Shown piece by piece: positions 26,901 to 40,147 of a stretch of DNA of 64,000 bases. A model generated the notes under the pieces. It did not search any database, was not told the origin of the DNA, and saw nothing but the letters and a program-made list of their open reading frames with translations. The DNA comes from Raja brachyura. Taxonomy: Eukaryota. The position numbers were made by a program, and so were the translations under genes. The stretch spans positions 20,212,001 to 20,276,000 of the forward strand of contig OY740796.1 in NCBI GenBank assembly GCA_963514005.1. The letters run 5' to 3'. How positions within the stretch are numbered: the first letter of the stretch is position 1; every line of letters starts with the position of its first letter.

Positions 26901-28077
26901 CTGAAATGCAAAGGAAAGAAAGGTTAATATATGCTCCAACTCCTCCAGTAAATATATAACATCAGAATAAAGTTTAAACTGAATTTATTTTACTGGAACG
27001 ATGTTGCTAAGACTTGAAGAGACAAGGTGACATCCAAGCCAAGAGACTCTCTGCATGCTGGTCCCAGAAGTGGATCTGCAATTACACATTGTAATCGCTA
27101 CATCCTTTTAAACCTCTACTGCTTAACCTCTACTGGACTTTATCTTGCACAAACATTATTTCCTTTAGTCTGTATCTGTATACTGTGGATGGCAGGATTG
27201 TAATCATGTGTAGTCTTCCCGCTGACTGATTAACACACAAAAGTTTTTCACTGTACCTTGGTACATGTGAGAATAAACTACAAACTAAACTATAAGGAGA
27301 GGGTACACAAAAAGCTGGAGAAACTCAGCGGGTGCAACAGCATCTAAGGAGCGAAGGACATAGGCAACGTTTCAGGCCGAAACCCTTCTTCAGACCCAGG
27401 AGAAACCCTTCTTCAAACCATAAGGAGATGTTGGGCATGCAAAGGCTTTATTCCTTGGAGTGCAGGAGGCTGAGGAGTGGTCTTATAAAGGCATATAAAA
27501 TCATCAGGGGGCGAATAAGGTGAATGCGCAGTCTTTAACCCCAGGGTAGCAGAATCTAGAACCAGAGACCAAATGTTTAAGGTGAGAAGGGAGAGATTTA
27601 ATAGAAACCAGAGGGGCAACTTTTTCCACACAGAGGGTGGTGGGTTTATGAAATGAGCTGCCAGAGGAGAGTTGAGTTAATTTTGAAAAGACAATTGGAC
27701 AAGTACATGGATAGGAAATGTTTAGAGCAAAATGGGCCAAAAGTAGGCAGGTGGAACTAATGCAGATGGAGCATCTTACACAGAATGGGCAAGTTGGACC
27801 AAAGGGCCCGTTTCTGTGCATTCCTTTTCTCCAGAGATGCTGTCTGACCTGCTGGGTTGCTCCAGCATTTTGGTATAAACCAGCATCAGCAGTTCCTTCC
27901 TACACAAAACATGTTGATTTGGGATTATAAGACTGTTCCCTTCTCCGTGACAAAAAACATAACTTCCTCCTCCATGTCCACAGCATTTTGGGATGTGTAA
28001 GACCCGATAGCCTTGCCAGTGACTTTTGAGAAAGCAGTGGCCATTATTAGCTGTACTATGATCAACACACTTCTTAC

Positions 28078-28161
28078 CCCTCGGTCATAACTGTCTGCTC
28101 GCTCCACCTTCCACGACAAATTCTCAATCTCCGCTTCCAGCTGCGCTTGCTGATACTCAAA
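28078..28161 (-). CDS. ARIH2: ARIH2 exon ([28 protein letters not shown])
   Basis: 84 nt, ttccag|...|gtaaga; visible in ORF 27925..28182. Confidence 0.97.
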
Positions 28162-28770
28162 CTGGAAAGATAAAGTTATCATGTCAGAAAAATTGTGCGG
28201 CTAGTGTTATGCAGACCTGCGTAGAATCACACATTTACTACATAGGAGGTTATCTGGCCCTTAAAAGCAGCAGTCATGCTTAGTCTCAAAGTCCTGTCTG
28301 ATGCTCCATTATCATTAGGCTTAAGGTGACGTGGGAAAACATTACATCTGCCTCAGCATCTTTTGCCAGTGATTTTGGATTCCTAGCTTCACGGCTTCGG
28401 CACACCCATCAAAAGGAATATTTAATGTGTTCATAAATCATTGGAGTAGAAGTGGGCCATTCAGCCCATCATGTCTATCATTCCTTCTCAACCCCATTCT
28501 CCTGCCTTCTCCCCATATCCTTTGACACCCTTACCAATCGAGTATCTGTGAAAATCTCTGCCTTAAAAACACCCAATGACTTGATTTCCACAGCCACCTG
28601 TGCAGGCTGTCTAATTCTCTTTCTAGTATGCATAAACCTTCCCCCTTGAAAACCTTGATGTTGTCACCTAGTGATCTTTCCTATTCCAAGAACAAACTGA
28701 ACTTTTCCAAACGCTCTCATCAACTGAGTTCCTCATTCTTGGCAGCATCCAAGTAACTGCCCTGACTACA

Positions 28771-29087
28771 GGGCAGTCATGGTGGCGCAGGGGTAGAGTT
28801 GCTGCCTCACAGTGAATGCAGCGCCGGAGACCCGGGTTCGATCCCGATTACGGGTGCTGTCTGTACGGAGTTTGTACGTTTTTCCCATGACACGCGTGGG
28901 TTTTCTCCAAGATCTTCTGTTCCCTCCCACATTCCAAGGACGTACAGGTTTGTAGGTTAATTGGCTTGGAAAATGTAAAAAATTGTCCCTCGTGGGTGTA
29001 GGATACTGCTAATGTGCGGGGATTGCTGGTTGGCGCAGACCTGGTGGGCCGAAGGGCCTGTTTCCACGTTGTATCTCTAAACTAAAC
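28771..29087 (+). mobile_element. tRNA-derived V-SINE (HE1-like), near full length; more than 15 further copies (e.g. 1012-1215, 4405-4815-, 5500-5765, 7003-7245, 12905-13345-, 13470-14415, 20315-20610-, 23478-23750, 32735-33052, 34915-35170, 56590-56765-)
   Basis: A box TGGCGCAGGGGT, B box GGTTCGATCC, V-domain core (tgtacggagtttgtacgtt...gtgggttttctcc...cccacattccaa), CR1-shared tail gggccgaagggcctgtttcc...ctaaactaaac. Confidence 0.9.
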
Positions 29088-29637
29088 CTTTTCTGTATCA
29101 TTATTAATGCCATTTAAACCTTGAGATATCCATAATTCCTCTCCATTAACACCAACACCACTGAGGGTTAAATGAGGATATAGTGCAAGAAAGTCTGCTG
29201 AATGCAAGACACTAATGACAGGCACAGGGGCCTACAAGAGAGCAGAGAAAATCAAGAGCAAGTATTTCAATCTTCTGTATTTTACCTGCTGGTCAATGTA
29301 AAGGTATTTTTATGTTGCAACACCAGAGATGGAATCTGCATGCATTAGAATAATCCCTCCCTTCATAAAGAATGTACCAGGAATCACATCAAAAACTGAA
29401 ACAACTTGTATTCCCAATTAAATTACATTACATTTTGCTAGTTGGATAGAAAACTGCACCTATTATATTGTAGATAGACACACACCTTTGTTTTGAAGTA
29501 ATTCAACAGGTTAGGCATCACCTCTGGAGAAAAGGAATAGGTGATGTTTCGTGTCTGAAGAAGGGTCTCGACCCAAAACGTCACCTATTCCTTTTGTCCA
29601 GAGATGCTGCCTGACCTGCTGAGTTACTCCAGCATTT

Positions 29638-31119
29638 TAGGCTGTGGGCCGAGCATCGAAAATGTGTCTAGAATTTAACTTTCGTGACCCATGTCTGGGA
29701 ACTACTTGACATTTGGCACAGATTTAGATCAAATATAACTGAGAAGGAAGTCATAACTCATCAGTGCCAAAAGTTGCACATTAATTAATTAAGCTAATTA
29801 GAAAATGAGATCGAAAAACTAAACGCCATCTAGTGTTCAATGCTCATATTACTCTATGGGGAGCTTAATTCCGTGCTGCTGTCTTTTTATACCATATATT
29901 ATGAAACCATATTATATAACTTATGGGAACACAAAAGGCTGGAGAAACTCAGCGGGTGCAGCAGCATCTAAGGAGCGAAGGAGATAGGTGACGTTTCGGG
30001 TCGAGACTCTTTTTCAGACATATATAACTTGTGAACATGACTGGAGTTATATATAATTATATTATATAAAAATAACATAATGAATATAATTGTGAGTGTG
30101 TATTTTGAATGAGACTGCCGCAGAGGTCCGGCTCCTGAACCTGCCCAATTAATGGGCGAGTGGAGTTCCTGTGGGTTCCCGTTTACTGAACCTGACTGAT
30201 TGCCAGTGGGCAGAGTGGGGGTCACAGCCATAGTGGGATTGGGGCAGTGCCAGGCTGGGGGTAGGCTAAGGCATCTTCCACTGAGAGGAAAATGCCTAAC
30301 CCTAATTCGCCCCCCTTCCAGAGCTGCCCACGGCTGGAGCTGGAGCCGCTTTGGGACCGGTAGCCGGCTCCATACATGTGGCCACTCAGTGCGTCCACCT
30401 CGGCCAGCATGCCCTTCTGGATCAGCACGCCGCCCGGGCCACCTTCAGCACCCCCATAGTGCCGGCTCCGTCTGTCCACCCGCTCGTTCGCAGCAACACC
30501 AGCCGTCCGACAGCCCGACCGACCCCTCGTACCTTTCACCGGCAGCCCGACCGACTCACCGGCAGCCCGTCTGTCTGACCGACGCTTCACAGCATCCACC
30601 GGCCTACCGACAGCCCAACAAACCGACTTCTGACTGACTGACTTCTGTCTGGCCGACTTCTGACTGACCGAATGACTGACCCTAATCCTAGCTCTACATT
30701 TTTATTTATTATTTTTATTTAACAGTTCACATCATAACTTTACAAAGATAAATCAAAATTTAAAACAAAATTATCAGCAAGGTTAACATTACCTTTATTC
30801 CTTCAAAACCTTGCTACTGTTTTGATGTAATAAGGAGGCAGCCATGATCCCACAGTGTTCGCTGCCTAGCTTCCATGAAACAAAGCTCGTGATTTGTCAA
30901 TTGCCGTCCAAAGCAATGTCAAACATGCATTGATTGGACAATTACTACTCGGAAAATTGGAAGTTTCTCTCATATTTTAAAAATATGTGCAGGTTTTGTT
31001 CTTGACTAGTTTCAGTTATGATTTCTATAATATTTTTGTACACAATATGTTAAAAATGCAGGTAGTTATGTGATTTAGGTCACAAACTTAAACGAAAAAG
31101 CACCTCGGCCCACAGCCTA
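29638..31119. mobile_element. Non-autonomous TIR element with TAG..CTA ends (possibly Academ-like), inserted in a fold-back element
   Basis: Perfect 16-bp TIRs TAGGCTGTGGGCCGAG / CTCGGCCCACAGCCTA, TTT on both flanks; splits the host motif gagttactccagcattt|gtgtct. Confidence 0.75.
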
Positions 31120-31197
31120 TTTGTGTCTTTGTTCAGTGTAAACCAGAATCCGCAGTTCCTTCCTACCCATTATAATGTATCTGAGCAAAGTTCTTAC

Positions 31198-31266
31198 CAG
31201 TTTCTTCCTGGGCCCAGACTCCATGTAGTAGGCGTATGGGTATGTATACTGCAAGGTGTACCGACA
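31198..31266 (-). CDS. ARIH2: ARIH2 exon ([23 protein letters not shown])
   Basis: 69 nt, ctaaag|...|gtaaga. Confidence 0.96.
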
Positions 31267-32543
31267 CTTTAGAAAGACAAAATGATGATTACAAACTTAT
31301 TGCCATTATGCCAAAAACAAGTAATTCAGCTAGAATCTGCAATAATGGTACAGCTGCTGCCTCACAGCGCAATAGTCCACAGTTAAATATGACCTCGGGT
31401 GCTGTCAGTGCGGAGTTTGCATGATCTCCCTGTTACCGTCTGGGCTTCCTCCAGGTACTCTGGTTTCCTCCCACATCCCTAAAAACGTGCGGATTTGTAG
31501 GTTACTTAGCCTCGGTAAAATTGCTCCCATTGTGCAGGGAGTGGGTAAGTAGAAAGTGGGAGAACAGAACTAGTGTGAACGAGTGGGCAGTTCACTTCCC
31601 CATCAGATTGGCCAGTGTACTTTCCTGTCATTTAACTCAATTCAATCTGGATTACAAAAGGTAACATCTGTAATGTTAATAACCAATTTTCTGCTGCCAA
31701 TTTAAATTCATTAATATCCCTATCATCTGATGGGGGAAGAAAAACCCTCCACACTACTCCGGTATACAATCTGGTAAGCAAGTACTATCGCAACATTTAA
31801 GAAACATTTAGACAGGTACATGGATAGGATAGGTTTAGAGGGATAAGGGCCAAACACAGGCAAGTGGGTCTAGTGTACATGGGTAGGTGGGCAAGATGGG
31901 GCGAAAGGCCTGTTTCCATACTGTGTGACTATGACTCTAATGTGGTAGGCCATTAACTGACCAGCAAGCCACAGAGTGGCATCAAACTGCTCTCATCATA
32001 TATATGAAAAAAGACTATCACCAGGCAGATTCTGATTTGTTAGGGAGGAAAATTGGGTGTGCCCATGTAATCTTAAGACATGTCAAAATTGGACAGGCTG
32101 GCCTACAGTCTTATCAAGAAATAATCAAACAAGTTAAAACTCTTGCAAAGAGTTTGTCCATTGCAGGGCAGGAGGCTCAGTGGTAACAAACGTGCGTGCA
32201 TGCAGTCAGGGGGAAGCAGCCCAGGGAAGTAACACAAACTGGAAACCACATGATTTCTGACTGTAGCAGGTGAAGTATGGATGAGCAAACCTCCCACTGG
32301 AAACCACCTTATCATGAATCTGAGGTAGACAAAAATGCTGGAGAAACTCAGCGGGTGAGGCAGCATCTATGGAGCGACGGAGCTGAAGATTGCCAGCATG
32401 TTCCCTCGCATAATTTAGCATGGGCAATAAATGCTGCCCCACCAGTAATGCCCAACATCGCATGAGTAAAAAAGGCATCTGGTATTTTTATGCGCATTAT
32501 ACCCATGTGCTCGATTCTGCCAATGCTTGGATAAGCAGCCTAC

Positions 32544-32687
32544 CTTGGCAAGCAGCTTGGCAGCATTCTGTAAATATTGCCAATCAATCCATGTTCCCAA
32601 ATTATTCATAACTCGCTCCTGAATTTTTTCTTGAATCCGCTGGTATGTCTGTGCTTCCAGTTGCAGGCTTTTGTTGTGGTTTTCCCA
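32544..32687 (-). CDS. ARIH2: ARIH2 exon, Ariadne domain ([48 protein letters not shown])
   Basis: 144 nt, ctgcag|...|gtaggc; visible in ORF 32415..32774. Confidence 0.97.
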
Positions 32688-33834
32688 CTGCAGAAATAGG
32701 AAAAGGCCATTTAACAAGACTTTGAGCAAACCTGAGGGCGGCATAGTGGCGCAGCGGCAGAGTTGCTGCCTCACAGCGCTGGAGATCCAGATTCTATCCT
32801 AACTATGCGTGCTGTCTGTACAGAGTTTGTACGTTCTCCCTGTGAACGCATGGGTTTTCTCAGTGCTCCGGTTTTCTCCCACATTCCAATGAGGTGCAGG
32901 GTTATAGGTTAATTGGCTTCTGTAGGTTGCCCCTAGTGTGTAGGATGTGAAACTGGTTCTTAACATAGAACTAGCGTATGGGTGATCGTTGGTCACCGTG
33001 GATTCAAAGGGCCCGTTTCCACATCATATCTCTAAAACTAAACCAAACTAAACCTGGTGCAGGAGGTATTTTGAAGCAGGTCAGGCAGCATCTGCGGTAA
33101 CAAACGTAAACCCTTGCTTTCACTGTCCAAAATCACTTGATAGGGCAGAATGCTTTTTGGAGAGAATTCCACTGCAATAGTCAAGATGATGATAGAATGT
33201 CCTTAATTACTAAAGGTAGACACAAATGCTGGAGTAACTCAAGAGGTCAGGCAGCATTTCTCTGGAGGGAAATGGACGGGTGACATTTCAGGTTGGGACC
33301 CTTCTTCAAACACTCGTGAACCGAAACTTCACCCATCCTTTTTCTCCAGAGATGCTGCCTGACCTGCTGAGTTAGTCCAGCACTTTGTGTCTATCTTTGG
33401 TTTAAACCAGCACCTGCAGTTCCTTGCTTATATCCTTAATTACCAGATTGCTAGAATGTTTACCCAAAGGTATTTAGAGCACGAAAATATTCCATATTAA
33501 CTGCAGGTTTGGGATTCAAAGTCATGCCAATTAAAATCAGATTTTCAATGCCTTCCAATATCAAAGAACGTGCCTAATAGTTAAAGGCTTCCAGGCAAAA
33601 TACATTACACTAACTAGAAAAACAGTATGTTGAACCATCATCCAGCAACAGTACAATTGTCCCTAAAGTGCAGAACAAAACTAGTATAAGAGTGATCACT
33701 GGTCGGCACGGACTCGGTGGGCTGAAGGGCCTGTTTCCTCGCTGTACCTCTATACTAATCTAAACGTTTAACAGCCTTGGAAAGTTGGTGGAAGGAATAG
33801 GCAATTTCTGACATCCATTCAACACAGCACTTAC

Positions 33835-33986
33835 CCTTTCAAAATAGAACAAGTACTTCTTCAAGGCTTCCCTGGCCTGTGCCTGCTGACTCTGATTCAC
33901 AATGTCAGGATTCTCTTTGTACCGACTGCATTCATAATACTCGCTGCCATGGGTCTTCCAGTCTCCCAGGCACATCCAACAGAAAT
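33835..33986 (-). CDS. ARIH2: ARIH2 exon ([51 protein letters not shown])
   Basis: 152 nt, ttttag|...|gtaagt; visible in ORF 33760..34017. Confidence 0.97.
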
Positions 33987-35862
33987 CTAAAATATAAAAC
34001 ACAGTGGTGATGTTCAAGAGAGGAAAAAGCAGCAGGGTTCAGAGGGAAAAACTAGGGAATGAGACTGGTAGGATTTTTCTTGTCGAGATTTCATGATTCT
34101 ATGATATAAAAAGCCAGGCCATGTCAAATTACAATAGAACGTTACCACAGTGTTGCTGGTCAGCGTAGACTCGGAAAGGGCATTCACGTCGCGGGCCCTG
34201 TTTCCACCACCACGCACAAGGAGCGCAAAACAGACACCATTGTACAGAACCCGAGAAGTGTGTTCAGCTCTGGCTGAACAACTTCTAATCTTGTATGTGG
34301 ACTCGATCAGAAGGGCCTGTTTCTGTGTTGTCTCTCGAAACTGAACCTTTCCCCTCTCACCTTAAATCTGACTAGTGCATGGAACTGGTCTCCTGAGCTA
34401 CATGACCTCTTCCTGCCTCCATTTCACACATACCATCGGTGGCAACATGATGTATTACAGCACACAACAAATTGGTAGATTTCATGAACAGTTTAAAGCA
34501 ACGCGCGACTTTAAGGGGAGAATTAAGCGAGCAAGCCTTAGATATTTATGTAAAGCATAACCCCCATCATTTGAAGAGTGTAACCTGGTCTCAACTTCCA
34601 GTCTACAGAAATCAACATACATGAGCTGTACATGAAATGTTACATAAGCAATCCATACATTAATTTGAAATGTTTATATCTGTTTTGGATGCATATTATG
34701 TACGTATGCTTTAGAATTTCTCACAGGGCAATTTCTGCAATGCAAGCGCGTGGATGGTTAATAATAACAACTTCCCATCCGTGCCATCATTTACACTTTT
34801 GTTTAAGACTTTTCAAATACTACGGTTCCAAAGTAAAACTTCCCAAATTACACCTTTCAAACCATGTCCAGAAGTTATGGAATGGAATACTAAAATACAA
34901 AATTAAGGGAAGCAATTGGTTCAATCCCGAGTCGCCTGTACCGAGTTTGTACGTTCTACTCGTGATCTGCGTGGGTTTTCTCCGGGATCCCCAGTTTTCT
35001 CCCACATTCCAAAGATGTACAGGATTGTAGGTTAAATAGCTTGGTATAATTGTAAATAGTCCCAGTGTGTAGGATAGTGCTAGTGTACTGGGTGATCGCT
35101 GGTTGGCGCGGACTCGGTGGGCCGAATGGTCTGAAAAACCTGCTTCCACGCTGTACCTCTAAACGAAACAAACTTGGATTGCATCAATACTAAATACAAT
35201 AAAATATTACACAGCACCAATACGATTTAGTACATGGTCAGGTGCAAGAGGTCAAGTTGTTGCACTAACATGAAGATGTCAGGACATTAGCTCATAACAC
35301 AAGACAGCGAGGGAATATAAGCTTTTAAATTGGAATTTGAAAGCTTGCTTTAGTTTTATAGTCGTCATACCAATGAATGGTCATAAAATACCAACAGGTT
35401 CACCTATTTCCACCAGGGAAGGAATCTGATAATCTGTTCATCTTCTGACTGACAGACATGGAAATCTAAACTCAAAACCATCAAGGTGGTTGTCTCATCT
35501 TAAAGGCCATTAAGGGTGGCCAAAGAGAATCAGTTGTGGCAGCTGCACGCACATTCCTGAATGAGTAAATAATGAACAAATACTCGATACAATGCCAAAA
35601 TATGTCATTCTTCGAATGCAACCACAAACTATTTCGCATCAAATATTTAAGGATTTATTCCAAAATCGGTATCTCTAATACTTTGCTGAAGTATTGGTCC
35701 ACAGAATTCACAATTTGGAAGTCACAAATAGATATCCCAAGGTTCTGTTTCTCTGAGGTACACAGTAATTGTATTTACAGGAGCTATGCTTCTTATCCAT
35801 GCAAATGTTTCCATATATACACAACATACAATTTTATATTATTTGCCTTTATTGTGACTCAC

Positions 35863-35884
35863 CGTGCTTGCATTTTGAACATTG
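35863..35884 (-). CDS. ARIH2: ARIH2 22-nt micro-exon (QCSKCKH-D)
   Basis: tttcag|CAA TGT TCA AAA TGC AAG CAC G|gtgagt; the phase bridges the two flanking exons. Confidence 0.95.
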
Positions 35885-35981
35885 CTGAAACAAAAAGAAA
35901 GAGATGAAAAGTAATAAAACAGAACATTTAGCACATTGGAATATACATAAAGCACACTGAAATGATGCACCGTTCTCTTAC

Positions 35982-36032
35982 CATATGATTACACCCTCCA
36001 TTCTTCTCAATGCAAATACTGCACTTAGGACA
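35982..36032 (-). CDS. ARIH2: ARIH2 exon, RING2/Rcat with catalytic Cys ([17 protein letters not shown])
   Basis: 51 nt, ttttacag|...|gtaaga; the GGCNHM motif is diagnostic of Ariadne RBR ligases. Confidence 0.97.
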
Positions 36033-37131
36033 CTGTAAAAAGTTAAACAAAAGTAATAAGAACCAGGTCTTAAAAAAAATAGATCAATGTACTAAACAAC
36101 TTTACCAAAGTTCAGTTTAGTTTATTATTGTACCGAGATAATAACAGTGAAAAGCTTTTGTTTGAGGGCCATCCATTCAAAGACTGTACCTGAATACAAT
36201 CAAGCCATCCACAATGCACAGATAAAGGTCAGTGCAAAATATAACATTGAGGTCTGATAAAGTCTGATTCAAGATTGTTGAAAGGTCTCAAATGACGTAG
36301 GTGGGAAGTCAGGACCGTCCACCATCTGACAAGAGAACCATTCAGTTGCCATGTAACAGCTGGGAAGCAACACAAAATTGGAATACTTAATAATTCAGTA
36401 TTCCATCTTTTAAAAATGATGCTTGAAACCCAACTTCAGAATGCCAATATCAGAGAAGGGGTTACATATCACAACAATATGACTGATCTAATTCACAAGG
36501 GGTATTAAACAATAAACTAATAATTCAGCTAATAACTCAGGATTTTGGATTTTCAGGACTACTGGATGCTATTTCTGTTAATACCCCACGTTTTTTTTTA
36601 AAAGAGGTTACACAATACTGCAATATTTTTTCCAGCAAACCCAATACGTTTCAGTGAAGCTTGGAAACCATGGTCAGTGAATATTTCAGGGAAATGTGGG
36701 AGGCATCATCTGGGACTCGGGTTTCTAATTATTGGACATAAATTAAAAACAGCTATTTCAGCTTACTTCAGATGTGCTGGTTATAAGAAATATTTGTTTT
36801 TTAAAAGTACCTTTTATGTCTTCCCTAGAATTCCAAAACATTTCTGAGGCAATGAACCATTTCTGAATTAAAGTCACTGCGATGATAGCAGCTTATTGAG
36901 ACTCCTGTGACTGTTCCCCTCTTAAAACAAGTGTAGAATCTTGGTTACTGTCAGAGGCAAGGCCTCTCAGCAGAAAATGCCAGCAACACCAGATGGATGG
37001 CATCCCTATTTGCTGTTGTAGAGTAAGGTGTGTCAAAGCCGGAAGGAAAGTCCCTTCCTAAAACGTCCTTTTTCCTCCAGAGATGCTGCCTGTCCTGCTG
37101 AGTTACTCCAGCACTGTGTGTCCCTCTAAGG

Positions 37132-37706
37132 CAAGGGTGGGCAACATTATTCTGCATAGGGGCCAGATGGCATGTCTGTGAGCGGACAGCGGGCCACATC
37201 TACCACGTGTTCACATAGATCCCGCCCTGGATGGCAGGCATCAAATCACGTGTTCACATAGATCCCGCCCCTTCGAGGACCCCACCCAAAGCACTGGCCC
37301 CAAGTTACGTGCGCTCACGAACATGGCGTACCTACGGTCCATTGCCTTGGCTCTGTCCTGAAGGCGGTGGCTCAAATACTCACACATCCCCAGCCTATTG
37401 ACAACCCCGATCCCGAAAGTGAAGCCCAGACACAGATGGAGCGCGGCTGTGCCAGCGGCTTTGTGCAGGATGCGGTACAGCAGAGCTCAGTGCTTGGCTT
37501 CTCGGCCTCTTGGCGGCTCCGCAATTGCGGCCGCCAGCGCAGACCTCCTTGCATCACCGCACCTGGGCGCCTCGGGCCCAGGAGGTACTGGAGACGAAGG
37601 AGGTCTGCAGGCCGGATGACTATGGAAAAATAAATACGCCTGCGGACCAGATCATTTCAGGTGACGGGCTGCATTCGGCCCGGGGGCCGTAGGTTGCCAA
37701 CCCCTG
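37132..37706. mobile_element. hAT (Charlie-like) non-autonomous element
   Basis: TIRs CAAGGGTGGGCAAC / GTTGCCAACCCCTG; 8-bp TSD CTCTAAGG / CTTTAAGG; internal duplication of CACGTGTTCACATAGATCCCGCCC. Confidence 0.85.
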
Positions 37707-37719
37707 CTTTAAGGTATAT

Positions 37720-38510
37720 CAAAAGTTAGGCGAGCAAGTGTGATAGCGGACTCTTTAGTCAGCGGTATTTCTGTGTCCACAAGCGAGACTCCTGGATGAT
37801 GTGTTGCCTTCTCAACACGATGCTCAGAGCAGGCCCAGGACATTCCAGGAGAAGAGGCTGAACAGCCCGAGATTATGGTCCATATTAGTACCAATGGCAA
37901 AGGCAGGAAGAGATGACGTCTTGTAAAGAGAGTTTAGGGAGTTTGGTTGGAAGTTAAAGAACAGGATCCCTTGTGTTGTACTCTCAGATTTACTCCCTGC
38001 ACCGTGAATCTAGCAAAAAAAAAGAGAATGTGTGGCTTGGTGCAGAGAGGGCAGGTTTCAGATACATGGATCATTGGGTTCTCTTTCAGAGCAAGTGCGA
38101 ACTGCACAAGGAAGAGAGTTGCACCTTAACTCGAGGGACAGCGATATCCTGAGGAGTAGAAAGGAGGAACTGGAGTTACTGGTCTACCAAGGTAGGACAC
38201 AAAGTGCTGGAGTAACTCGGCGGGTCATGCAGCATCTCTGGAGAATATAACAGGTGACGTTTCGAGCCCCGAACCAAAATATAATCTATCCATGTTCTCC
38301 AGGGATGCTGCCTAACCCGATGAGTTACTCCAGCATTTTGTGTCTATCTTCACAGGGAGCTTTGCTAATATTATTTGGGTGTGTTTAAACTAGTGGGACG
38401 GTAGGTCAGCAAGTGGAGGGATTGAGAAAACAGGGGCTAAGGCAATTAACTGTGAAAGGACAAACATGGTGGGATGGGCTGAAGTGTAGTTATTTCCAAT
38501 GCAAGGAGTA
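37720..38510 (+). mobile_element. Decayed CR1 ORF1 (esterase-like) to ORF2 start region
   Basis: Remnants VIADSLV (GDS-like) and EQPEIMVHISTN, then ...tatttccaatgcaaggagta typical of the CR1 APE start; resumes after 39560. Confidence 0.6.
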
Positions 38511-38516
38511 ATATAT

Positions 38517-39560
38517 TAGCAATGTTACAAAATTTTGAGATTTTAAAAATCATGTCTGCAATTTATCCCATCAGATAAAGCACAAAAATACGTTTAATTT
38601 GACATAATTCACTTTCATATCTTCAGTATTAAAAACGTTATGGAAATTTTCATACTTGGAAATTAGCAACTTGTTTCCTATTGCTTTTTTATTAACTTAA
38701 CACAAAAGCTGTGATCGAGGACAGTCAAAAGCCGATAACTTCCTTAAAAATTAAGAGAACTGAAAGAAATTTTCAGTTATTATAGACTGAAGCATTCTGA
38801 AACAAATATGAAACAATCTTACTTGGATGACCTGAAATTAAAGCATATAATTAGTTAGTTACCCAATTGTAGCTAATTACAAAATTCAATTACTAGATCT
38901 AAACATCTATTCATTTCTTAAGAAAAAAATAACTTTTTTTTTTAAAGCCTAAGTGTCCAAATAGCATTCACACAAGAATTCACAATATAACATGATTTTT
39001 AAATCTAATTGTCATTAATTTATAGGCCAAATTGAAGGAATTTAATGTTTAATGCCCGTAGATTAATGGCCATTTAAATCAGCTTGCGAGTGGGATTTTC
39101 TGGAATGCGATGGACTGGAACATTGCGGTTGCGGTGAATTTAAACCCCATATCGGCAGGAAAAATTCTGCAGGTTCGTATGGGGCCTAAATCACCGTTTC
39201 GCAACATGAAATGTTGATTAAGGTCATCTAAACAAACAAATCTATATGAAAAAATAAACAACTTTCATTTACCTGTCCCCTACGTAAAATCCGTCCCCGT
39301 TGTCGGCGTTCACGGCATTAGGAGCTAATTTTTATTTTACTACAGCGCTGAAATAGTCAGGCGATTTAAAAAAAATATTTAACTTACCGGCAGTCGGAAC
39401 AATCTATAGAAAAAGTTTGCACTCCGAGAAAATAAAGCTCCGGAAGGCAAGGGGAAACTGCATTTTAACCCCGCCACCCCCCCTCAAAGGCGCCAAAGTC
39501 ACGCACACGGCCAGTGACAGAACTGCAGCACTGCCAAAGGTAAGTTTTGTAACATACCTA
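38517..39560. mobile_element. Unclassified non-autonomous DNA transposon inserted in a CR1 ORF2 5' region
   Basis: Imperfect TIRs TAGCAATGTTACAAAA / TTTTGTAACATACCTA; flanks AATATAT / AATACAT. Confidence 0.6.
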
Positions 39561-40029
39561 AATACATGTCAGGCAGATGATCATAGAGCCTGGATTAATA
39601 CATGGAACTACATAGCAGTAGTTACGCTACTGATGAGAGAAAATTCTATTGGATTCACAAGATACGATTCCCATGCACAAAGACACGTTGACTTTCCAGA
39701 ATGCAGATCCCATCTCTCAGAAACCCTTTCAGTAACTTTCTCATCAGTGAAGTTGGTTCACCAGCCTGTTGCTCCCTGGGTCCTTGCAGCCATTCTTGAT
39801 TAAGTCACAACATTAGTCACCCTCCAGTGTTCCAGTACCTCATCAGTACTTAACAATGATACAAATATCTCTGCCTAGAGCCCAGTTATATGGGTGCTGC
39901 TCAAGCCACAGACCTTCCAGCAGTTTCTTTTTTGGTCAAGGAAACAGCTTTGCCAGCTACATCCAAAATTCAGTGAATAAAAACATCTCTGATACACTAG
40001 ACCATTACACGGAGTAGCTATCTCCTTAC

Positions 40030-40147
40030 ATCTTTTGTATGCGCACTGATGTAATTTGCAGTTTCCGAATCATCAGCACATTTCGTGAGCCACTTTTTAA
40101 TGGTTGGACAGTCAGTGGGAGCATGGTACATCTGGCGACACTTGAAG
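40030..40147 (-). CDS. ARIH2: ARIH2 exon ([39 protein letters not shown])
   Basis: 118 nt, ttgcag|...|gtaagg; end of IBR plus linker. Confidence 0.96.

Noticed and set aside
28771-28850. tRNA-like A/B boxes (many copies)
   Set aside because: SINE heads running into the V-domain and CR1 tail; no complete cloverleaf, so not tRNA genes.
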